Of a stretch of 55,529 nt of DNA, positions 1-8,367 are shown piece by piece. The stretch spans positions 1 through 55,529 of the forward strand of contig UYFQ01000809.1 in the NCBI GenBank assembly GCA_900617105.1. Reading direction: 5' to 3'. Positions within the stretch are counted from its first letter, which is position 1. Each line of letters starts with the position of its first letter. Source of the stretch: Hydrurus foetidus (lineage: Eukaryota). The position numbers and the translations under genes were made by a program. The notes beneath the pieces were generated by a model. The model was given only the letters and a program-made list of their open reading frames with translations. It searched no databases and was not told the DNA's origin.

Positions 1-60
1 TTCATCTTTGCCCTCCGCCGTCCGGATCCCCGTTCCAGCCAAGGCCTCAGTGAGACCACA
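1..60 (+). repeat. 3' part of the Gypsy-1 5' LTR
   Basis: Near-identical to 7176-7235 (one mismatch seen near position 5); ends in CA. Confidence 0.93.
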
Positions 61-456
61 GTAAGCTTACTTGGAATCAGCTAGCCTTTCAAGACTAAAG
101 CCGATTGCCAAATCAAGATTTCCCAAACCGCTACCCGACTCATTTTCGAAGCGAAAAGAGAGTGTCAATAGCTTTCTGTAACAGAAACGACTATTAGACT
201 ATATAGAGAGTTGATTCGCAAAGCGACAGCCTCTATCTCTTCGTCTTAACGAAGCTCGATCTCAGCGATTCCTCGCAAAATCAAGATTTCCCATCGAAAA
301 CTTTCGTCACACGAAAGCCGACACGCCAGTAGTAGCTTTCAGCATCGAAAGCGCTACTTAGAGACCCAATAGCACCACTCCGTTCGTAGGATTACCCGCT
401 CTGCAGGCCTCGCCGAGAAATTTCCTCCCGAATTTCTCGTCAATTTCCTCCCGAAA

Positions 457-1668
457 TTGACCAAACCATTCCAATCCTCCTTTCTCTACTACTCCACTCT
501 ATACCTACCAGTCTTCACAAAAGTTCAACCTATCCTTCCTCTCTCTGAATTCACCGCGTCCGAGTTCCGTCGCGGTCCCTTCAATAAACTACCGACCATT
601 ATCGTAGCGAAGACGAAGACAATGGAAGCTCAAGATATCCTCGACAAATCAGCCTCCCCAGGAGCAAATACTACTTCCCTCGGCCTACCAGCCGCGACAA
701 TGCTTAGCATTCGCAAGGCACGAAAGGCCGAGGAGAAGATGCGAGCAGAAAACATTGCTCGGAGCAAATCTCTCATGGCCAGACAAGCCATAAAGGCCTC
801 AGCCACCGCCACCCGCATTCCCGACGAGATTGCCGCCCGCAACTCCGAACGGTCTTCAGAACGTAAGCGTATTCAAGATGCTCAAAAGACATCAGACGCA
901 ACGACTGAAGACGAAGTGGCCATGATTGCATATGTCCTAGAAGCAACAAACGAAGACGAGAGACGAGAACGCGAGATCTGCGCTCGATCTCGTCCGTGCT
1001 CTAGCACCTCAGTTGCAAAAACCATCGACGTAGAGGGAAGCCCAAAAGGCAGACCAAAACGAAGAAGAGGAGGCAACGAGAAAGACAAGAAAGCAAACGA
1101 ACAAGATATCCCTGATGATGCTAAGTCAATCGAGAGTGAGCCCATCCCCGTCAGGAAATCATCTCGAACGACCAGGGTTCAAACCTCGATGGAGGTGGAC
1201 TTAGAGTCGGGAGAGGACGAGGAGGATGAGGGCGACATCGATAACGACGACGAGATCAACGACAACGACGACGATAACGTGATAGTTGCGGAGTCAGTGT
1301 CGGATGAGGACGATCGATCGTCAGACGAGTCAGTTGCATCTACATCCCCTGAGAAGCGCAAGACTAAGTCTCCGCCAAAGCTAACAAAAAAGATTTCCAC
1401 AAGAAAAAAGATCATCGTTCCACATAAGACAAAAAAGGCAGAGCAGTTAAAAACTGCATCAGCAAAAGAGTCTAAGGAAGATGTGTCTAAAAAGACCATC
1501 CTTACTCAGAGGCCAAAACCGAAGACGTCTGCGGCGACAAGCGCCGCGTTGAAATTAAAACAACAGAGGCTGCACGCAGACGCAAGGTGGAGGAAGATAA
1601 CGACGATGAGCAGAGTGATACCTCAGTCTTATCAGACGAGAATTACCAACAACAGCGTACACTCATAA
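457..1668 (+). CDS. Gypsy-1 ORF1: charged, low-complexity N-terminal Gag region (first ATG at 622); probably continuous with ORF2 via a -1 shift near 1489-1493
   Basis: ORF track shows acidic and Lys-rich tracts. The ORF2 frame is open from 1491, just after the A5 run in TCT AAA AAG. Confidence 0.7.
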   Translation: MTKPFQSSFLYYSTLYLPVFTKVQPILPLSEFTASEFRRGPFNKLPTIIVAKTKTMEAQDILDKSASPGANTTSLGLPAATMLSIRKARKAEEKMRAENIARSKSLMARQAIKASATATRIPDEIAARNSERSSERKRIQDAQKTSDATTEDEVAMIAYVLEATNEDERREREICARSRPCSSTSVAKTIDVEGSPKGRPKRRRGGNEKDKKANEQDIPDDAKSIESEPIPVRKSSRTTRVQTSMEVDLESGEDEEDEGDIDNDDEINDNDDDNVIVAESVSDEDDRSSDESVASTSPEKRKTKSPPKLTKKISTRKKIIVPHKTKKAEQLKTASAKESKEDVSKKTILTQRPKPKTSAATSAALKLKQQRLHADARWRKITTMSRVIPQSYQTRITNNSVHS

Positions 1669-4600
1669 ATATGAATGAGGTATTCATGCTCAACGCCGAG
1701 AAACTCTTGACAGATGGTCCCGCTACCATCCAGGCATTCCACGACCAGGCCAACCTGCCCAATTTCAAAACACATTGGAAGCAGATCATTACCGAGAATG
1801 CCCTGGTACCTATAAGGTTCAGGCTAAATGGAATGAAGGCAGTCCTTGGGTACACCCAGCCAGAATGTTCCACTTGGCCAGTCATCCGCGGAGTCACCCT
1901 ATCGATCCGGCAAATCGCAAAGGACTTGACAGCCTGCTTCTCACAAGCAACTAGGACGTCCAACACGACCTACGATTGTAATGAGAAGATCAGAGCTTAC
2001 AAGTTTGCTTACGACTTTGCTGACGCATATGTCGAAGAAGCATCGATCACTCGGTTTGAGGAGATCATCAGCCTGTACTACCCTGATAGAACAGACCTCA
2101 CACCCGAGCGCGAGAACGAAATCTGCAAAGCATTTTACAAAAAGCTTCCAGCAGAGAACGCACTCGGGATGAAGTTCTTAGAGGCCACCAAGACGTCCAT
2201 AAAGAAGACAAAAAGGGACACCATCCAAAACATGTACATGCGACTCAGCGACCACCTCAACATCGCACGTCAATGCGTCAACGACGCAGCGGAGTTGGGG
2301 AACAGCAGATACCGCTGGACCACTCCAGACAGCCCAACTTCCGAGGAAGCAAATAGACAACGAAGCTCGTTGTCTAATGCATCATACTCCTCCAACCTGC
2401 ACGCAGTGGGATTCCACCCAGAGGAGGACACACGCGCACCACCATACAAGGCGATCGCAAAGCGTCAGCCAGAGGTACAACATTACCCCGGCCTTGACCG
2501 CAACACCAAGCTGTGCCACACCTGTGGGCGCAACGGGCACAACCGTTACAATTGCCGATTCCACATGAACGAGCATTGCAACAACTCGCACAAAATGTGG
2601 TCCGAATCCCTTATGGGGCTCGAATGGAAACGGCTCGGTCACAAACATTTTGTAATCGACGCACATCTTCCATCGGGCGGAGTATCTCGGGAACGAAAAC
2701 AAATCCACGTCCCGAATAACTTCGAATTCCCCACGGAGGAAGAGGACATTGACATGGGTAACACCCAACAAAAGTCAAACCCTCGGCAAGGTACCAGTGC
2801 AACACCATACAGCAAGGCTAAAAAGCCGGCGTACGACGACAGACGAAGAAGTGAGTTTTCAATACCACCTGTCAATGTCGCAATTTTACCGCGTATCGAC
2901 TTACCTCGAACACGAACATTACTTTCAGCTATACTACCTGAAAAAGTACACGATTACTTACAAGTCAACATATCTCTCCCACAGATCAGTATGGCCCAAG
3001 ACAAGACGAGCGCCCTCGCAAAGACGACCGCGCTCAAGCAGACAACGACAACCGCGACCGCGACCGCCAACGCAACGAGCGAGAGGCCTTCGCGCGCGAC
3101 AAGGCGAAAGAAAAGGAAGGATCCTCCAGCAGCTCCAACAAGCCCTACTCCTCAAAGTAGAGGCATGGATGCACTGGCCCAGATCGATACGGGGTGCGAA
3201 GTCGGTGACGTCATTAACCGTAGAGTCCTCGAGGGCCTACGGGGCGAACACCGCTTACGCGACTCCGATTCACCTATGTGGATTTGTTCTGGTTTAGATA
3301 ATAAGTGTATTGAATCAAAATCTGTGCTTGATATTGTTGTATCATTTAAAAAAGATTCTTTAAAATACATCTTCTCTCTTCCAGTCCGCATTGCCGAAGA
3401 CTCTGAAATAGATTTAATTATAGGTATAGATACCATAAAAAATCTAAATTTAGTTAAAATTATGCCCGACTTTTTCGGCCATAAAAACCATACTGATCCA
3501 TGGACCCGTATAGAAAATTCAATGGTACTAACCACGAATAATCTGACGGACGTCAATCCAACCACCACGGTCCAAGAACCGCCAGTCAATAATGACTGGG
3601 ACGGGGCAAAACCCTCCAACACAGACAACCTGAGGCAGGGTGACATGGTGTCTGGAGGTGCTTGTACACACAAGAATTGCACATCGCCATATGGGTGTTC
3701 GCAGATTCGAGTAGCGGCCGCTACCGACCCTGTTCAAGACGGGTCCGTCTTGCAAGTATGTGAGAAGTCAACAACCCACTTGACTTCTCCTCGACAAGAT
3801 GGTTTAGAGCTCACGCTCGACAGAGAAAAGGAAGTAGCTATCCAAATCTCCCCTTCCATAACTCCACCCCAAACATATGGCTTTGTCGCGGCTCTACTTC
3901 GGGAGAAGGAATATCTCCCGGAGGCTCAACCTTTCGGTCCGGAAGAAATTGACTACAAGTCAAAGGACACATTCGCTCCTTTTATGCTCTCAACGCACAC
4001 ATCCACGGATATCATAGACCTCATTCACATTGAAGGTACTCATGAGGAAATTGCACGGATTCGAGAAATATGTGTAAAACACATAGTCCTGTTCAAAAAT
4101 GAACTTGGACCAGAATCAGCAAGAATACCACCATTTGATCTTTCCGTAATGGAGAAACAATGGAAGGTTCCCAAAAACAGACATGCATCACGCATACAGT
4201 CTACAAAAAGACAAACAGTTATACGAGAGCTAGTGACAACTATGCTCAAAAGTGGTATAATAGTAAAGTCAAATGCATCGCATTATTCTCAAGTAATCCT
4301 GGCACCCAAACCGGATGGTACCTTCCGATTTTGTATTGATTACCGTGGACTCAATGAAGCTACGGAATCTGCAAGTTGGCCAATACCAAATATAAGACTC
4401 ATGTTAGGACGTCTTGGAGCTGCAAAAGCAGATACCTTTGGTGTGATTGACCTCACAGCAGGCTACCACCAGGCACCAATAACGATGAGCACAAGAATTT
4501 ATACAGCCTTCATTACATTCATGGGCATATATCATTTTACGAGACTTCCGTTTGGACCTAAACGCGCGCCATCATATTTTCAAGAAATGATGGCGTCAAT

Positions 4601-6797
4601 AGTCTTAATAGGTCTTATCTACTTCATTTGTGAGGTGTACCTTGACGACATTATAGTGTACGCAACGGGGCACTTACAATTCTGTGAACGATTGGAAATA
4701 ATATTTCAACGTTTAGAAGAGAAAAATATTTCACTTAAAGCAGCTAAGTTAAAACTTGGTATGAAAAAAGTGGAATATGTCGGTAAAGAAATATCAAAGG
4801 ATGGTATAACTATGAGTTCCAAAAAGATAAAAGGCGTGACCGACTTTCCGATGCCAAGAAAGACGACAGAAATGAGGTCGTTTCTCGGACTCACGAATTA
4901 TTTTAGGGATCATGTACCGAACCACTCAAACGTAGTTGCTCCTCTACAAAAGATGATCCTGCACGCATCCAAAAAGCAAACATTGCTAATATGGACCGAC
5001 GAAGCAGCTGATGCATTCTATATGATTAAGCAACGAATCGCAGAGAGTCCCTTGCTATATTTCATACACGATACAGCCCCAATAACCTTAATGACTGATG
5101 CGTCAGATTACGGTATTGGAGGCTACTTGTATCAGGAAGTCGACGAGAGAAAACAACTCGTCGCTCTCGTAAGTAAGTCTCTTACCAAGACACAACTGAA
5201 GTGGTCGACAATACAAAAAGAAGCCTTCGCGCTCTATTATTGTTGTACTTACCTCGACGCACTACTACGAGATCGTAAATTTACAATTCTCACGGACCAT
5301 AAAAATCTTACCTTTATTGAAAAAGATAAAAATGAAATGGTTGGCAGATGGCGTGTCGCCCTGCAGGAATTGGATTATACGATAGGCTACATACCAGGAA
5401 AAGATAACGACATTGCAGACGCAATGTCACGCCTATGTTTAAACAGAATGGAAAAGAAATCCGGACTAATGTCATCACTACATGAAAAACAATTAACGAC
5501 AAATGAGCAATATGAACTCATTGGAAGTTGTCACAACGCAACAGTCGGACATGGTGGTGTACAACGTACGTTACGGAACTTAAAAACAAAGAAGAAAGTG
5601 TGGCCGGGCATGAAAGAATCAGTAAAAACTTTCATTAAAAATTGCCCTTGTTGCCAAAAGATGTCGGCGGTAAAAATACCAGTCAATTCTTACACATACA
5701 CTACTTCAACATACAAACCAATGGAATGTCTCAACATAGATTTCATTGGACCATTTCCTGATAAGGGATACATTTTAGTCATGATTGACACATTTACACG
5801 ATTCGTCGAACTATATGCAACAAAAGATGCAACCGCTAAGGCGGCATGCACAGCATTAGTGGAACACGTCGGACGATACGGATCTCCAAGATTCCTTAGA
5901 TCTGATAACGGTCCTCACTTTGCCAACCATGTTATTGAAGAATTTACAAAACTCGCAGGCACAGTCCACGAGAAAATTCTCGCCTATTCGTCGGAACACA
6001 ATTCAATTGTAGAAAGAATGAATAAGGAAGTTAACAGGCATATTAGAGCATATACGTATGACAGAGCATCAACAGAAAATTACCAAGAAATTCTACCATT
6101 TGTTCAACGTATATTAAATACAACAATTAATGATAGAACAAAAATTTCACCGGCACAAATCCTTTATGGAAACGCCATTAATATGGATGAAGGAATTTTA
6201 ATCCCAAGAGGAGAAGTTAACCTCATACCAGAAAATATAACAATTTCATCTACAAATATGATAAAGATACAAAGTGATCTTATTCGAATTGCGGCAAGAC
6301 TCCTTAAGGAATCTGATGATGAACACAATGAGAAACAAAACCCAGAAATAACACATTTCGAGGTAGGCTCATACGTACTCGTTACTCAACGCACACAGCC
6401 AGAGACACGCATGCACACATTGTGGCGCGGTCCTCTTCGAGTTCTAAGCAATAAGAAAGGAGAATATACGCTACTCAATCTTATTACTCTTAAGAATGTT
6501 AAATACCACATGTCACAATTAAAAACTTTCTTATTTAATCCAATGCACACTGATCCAACAGATGTAGCACGTCGAGATTATTTAGAATTCTTCATCGAAG
6601 AAATAGTAGATATGAGGGGAAATATTTCATCTTATGGAGATTTAGAGTTTGAGGTCAAATGGCTCAATTATCCCTCAGAAAGTAATACCTGGGAACCGTG
6701 GCGAAGTCTAAGAAAAACAGACAAACTACACAATTTTCTTATAAGTAAGAATCTACGTCACCTAATTCCAAGAGAATTCAGGTTAGACTACGTCTAA
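1587..6797 (+). CDS. Gypsy-1 Gag-Pol polyprotein (zinc knuckle, aspartic protease, RT, RNase H, integrase, chromodomain)
   Basis: CHTCGRNGHNRYNC; AQIDTGC; FRFCIDYR and YLDD; TDASDYGIG; H-H-CPCC plus IDF/SDNG/VER; FEVKWLNYPSESNTWEP. Confidence 0.97.
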   Translation: MEEDNDDEQSDTSVLSDENYQQQRTLINMNEVFMLNAEKLLTDGPATIQAFHDQANLPNFKTHWKQIITENALVPIRFRLNGMKAVLGYTQPECSTWPVIRGVTLSIRQIAKDLTACFSQATRTSNTTYDCNEKIRAYKFAYDFADAYVEEASITRFEEIISLYYPDRTDLTPERENEICKAFYKKLPAENALGMKFLEATKTSIKKTKRDTIQNMYMRLSDHLNIARQCVNDAAELGNSRYRWTTPDSPTSEEANRQRSSLSNASYSSNLHAVGFHPEEDTRAPPYKAIAKRQPEVQHYPGLDRNTKLCHTCGRNGHNRYNCRFHMNEHCNNSHKMWSESLMGLEWKRLGHKHFVIDAHLPSGGVSRERKQIHVPNNFEFPTEEEDIDMGNTQQKSNPRQGTSATPYSKAKKPAYDDRRRSEFSIPPVNVAILPRIDLPRTRTLLSAILPEKVHDYLQVNISLPQISMAQDKTSALAKTTALKQTTTTATATANATSERPSRATRRKKRKDPPAAPTSPTPQSRGMDALAQIDTGCEVGDVINRRVLEGLRGEHRLRDSDSPMWICSGLDNKCIESKSVLDIVVSFKKDSLKYIFSLPVRIAEDSEIDLIIGIDTIKNLNLVKIMPDFFGHKNHTDPWTRIENSMVLTTNNLTDVNPTTTVQEPPVNNDWDGAKPSNTDNLRQGDMVSGGACTHKNCTSPYGCSQIRVAAATDPVQDGSVLQVCEKSTTHLTSPRQDGLELTLDREKEVAIQISPSITPPQTYGFVAALLREKEYLPEAQPFGPEEIDYKSKDTFAPFMLSTHTSTDIIDLIHIEGTHEEIARIREICVKHIVLFKNELGPESARIPPFDLSVMEKQWKVPKNRHASRIQSTKRQTVIRELVTTMLKSGIIVKSNASHYSQVILAPKPDGTFRFCIDYRGLNEATESASWPIPNIRLMLGRLGAAKADTFGVIDLTAGYHQAPITMSTRIYTAFITFMGIYHFTRLPFGPKRAPSYFQEMMASIVLIGLIYFICEVYLDDIIVYATGHLQFCERLEIIFQRLEEKNISLKAAKLKLGMKKVEYVGKEISKDGITMSSKKIKGVTDFPMPRKTTEMRSFLGLTNYFRDHVPNHSNVVAPLQKMILHASKKQTLLIWTDEAADAFYMIKQRIAESPLLYFIHDTAPITLMTDASDYGIGGYLYQEVDERKQLVALVSKSLTKTQLKWSTIQKEAFALYYCCTYLDALLRDRKFTILTDHKNLTFIEKDKNEMVGRWRVALQELDYTIGYIPGKDNDIADAMSRLCLNRMEKKSGLMSSLHEKQLTTNEQYELIGSCHNATVGHGGVQRTLRNLKTKKKVWPGMKESVKTFIKNCPCCQKMSAVKIPVNSYTYTTSTYKPMECLNIDFIGPFPDKGYILVMIDTFTRFVELYATKDATAKAACTALVEHVGRYGSPRFLRSDNGPHFANHVIEEFTKLAGTVHEKILAYSSEHNSIVERMNKEVNRHIRAYTYDRASTENYQEILPFVQRILNTTINDRTKISPAQILYGNAINMDEGILIPRGEVNLIPENITISSTNMIKIQSDLIRIAARLLKESDDEHNEKQNPEITHFEVGSYVLVTQRTQPETRMHTLWRGPLRVLSNKKGEYTLLNLITLKNVKYHMSQLKTFLFNPMHTDPTDVARRDYLEFFIEEIVDMRGNISSYGDLEFEVKWLNYPSESNTWEPWRSLRKTDKLHNFLISKNLRHLIPREFRLDYV
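2851..2984 (+). other. Predicted 134-nt retainable intron at the Gypsy-1 Gag/Pol boundary
   Basis: GTGAGT donor at 2851, CTTAC branch-like motif at 2957, TCTCTCCCACAG acceptor ending 2984. Splicing gives an R/D-rich tail ending at TAG 3158-3160. Confidence 0.7.
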
Positions 6798-6998
6798 AAG
6801 ACACAAAGGAGAACAACAATATCATTGATGATTCCCCCCATTTTTTTGCGTCTCATCCGAGACGTTTTAGGAGGTTTAGTCAGTAGGCAATAATTTTTTT
6901 CACTATTATTATTGAGTCTGACATAATTGTTGTTACTTAACATAGACTCACACGTAGTTTAGTATTTATCATAGAGTAACAAATCTAGCTTCTTCTTC

Positions 6999-7008
6999 GA
7001 GGAGGGGG
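6999..7008 (+). promoter_or_regulatory. Polypurine tract of Gypsy-1
   Basis: GAGGAGGGGG, 3 nt upstream of the LTR start TGTGA. Confidence 0.85.
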
Positions 7009-7011
7009 CAC

Positions 7012-7235
7012 TGTGACCCGTACACCGGGTATACCGGGTATACCGGGTTCGGGTACAAACGTACGCACGGTTCGGATCGAGGACGATCCGATCCATACGA
7101 TTTGTTGCGTGATATCTGCTGTGCTTATCTGTAAGCTAATCACATTGCTATCCTTTAGCATCGTTCCACCATCGCTTCACCTTTGCCCTCCGCCGTCCGG
7201 ATCCCCGTTCCAGCCAAGGCCTCAGTGAGACCACA
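7012..7235 (+). repeat. Gypsy-1 3' LTR (224 bp, TG...CA)
   Basis: Follows the PPT and its end matches 1-60. The following GCATC is the candidate TSD; the left copy is outside the window. Confidence 0.93.
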
Positions 7236-8367
7236 GCATCATCTACTGCTCCATCAGATGAGGCATCATTCTTCACTCCTGTTGTCACGAAGAAGAAAAT
7301 CCGGAGAACAAATGCTCAAATTCAAGCTGATACGGCGGCAGAGACAGCAGAAAAGATGATTCGATGTAACACGACGGTAACACAGTCGAACGTCACCTCT
7401 AAAAGCAAATCCGTGAAGTCGAAATCTGCTCCAGTAATCACATCGACAACAGAGTCAATTATTGTAATTGTCGATAAGACTTTCCCGCTCCAGACTGCCC
7501 GGTCAGTGTGGTCAACTGCAGAGCAGATTGATTTGATCAAGTCGTATAAGTCTTGGGAAACTGACTCAAAGAAGTCACAGAACAAAAAGTTAATACCCAT
7601 CAGCAAATTGTGGTTGGTTCGTATACCTTCTCTGATGGGGAAGAATTTTGGTCGAGTACGTGCAACGCCAAATAACACTCTAGCAAATTCACCATATCAA
7701 TCTAAATGGTTGGCGATACGTAAGAAGGTCAGTGATTATAAGGCATCGCAAGTAGATGGACGGGAAGAAGAATTACCGGATATTGAGGGGCCAACTGGAG
7801 GCGGAGTCGATGAGGACGGAGTGCCAAATGAAAGAATGGTTGCAGCAGCTGTAGGTGAGAGCGCTCGAGACACAAAGCGTGACGCGAGATACAACTCAGG
7901 CGTTGATGAGGAATCTATTTCATCGATACATTCCCACAATCGGTCTCAGGGATCGGATTAGTGTCGGAAAGCGATTTGAACAGTGGGGCAGGAAGCAAGC
8001 GGAACTTCTGCGCAATCGAAGGATTGCGGGGTACAGCCGTCAAAGAGGATTCGATCGCCGGGCCGCCAGCAGTTAAAGTCAGCAAATTGTCCCTGATAAT
8101 CGACTTGACAAGAACAGCTGTGCTACATCATGAGGAAAATATGGCCTTCATCAGAAGGCCATATATCAGAAGCAGAGTAGATTGGATGATATTACAAGAC
8201 GTGAAGAAAGGGATAGGAGAGAAGTTGAGTATAGAGATAGGCAGGACGCAGTCAACCATCAGAGATACAACACAGAACAAGAGAGACTGGCAGAACAACG
8301 CCGGGATAGTTTGAATGTGCAAACAACTTTCGCTGGTATTCTTTCAAATCTGCTAAATAAAATATAG
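7236..8367 (+). pseudogene. Harbinger accessory Myb/SANT-trihelix-like DNA-binding protein, frameshifted near 7910 and 8160
   Basis: Frame open from 7236. WSTAEQIDLI...LW...SKWLAIRKK tryptophan spacing. A coiled-coil tail (RREERDRRE) continues in other frames to TAG 8367. Confidence 0.7.

Larger units (their letters stand above)
1..7235 (+). mobile_element. Ty3/Gypsy LTR retrotransposon of chromovirus type (Gypsy-1); 5' LTR cut by the window edge
   Basis: 1-60 matches the end of 7012-7235 (LTRs ending GACCACA). Domain order is Gag CCHC-PR-RT-RH-IN-chromodomain. A purine tract precedes the 3' LTR. Confidence 0.97.

Noticed and set aside
457..1668. ORF1 as an env-like or captured extra gene
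   Set aside because: No signal peptide or TM segment, and its composition continues into ORF2; it is better explained as the Gag N-terminus.
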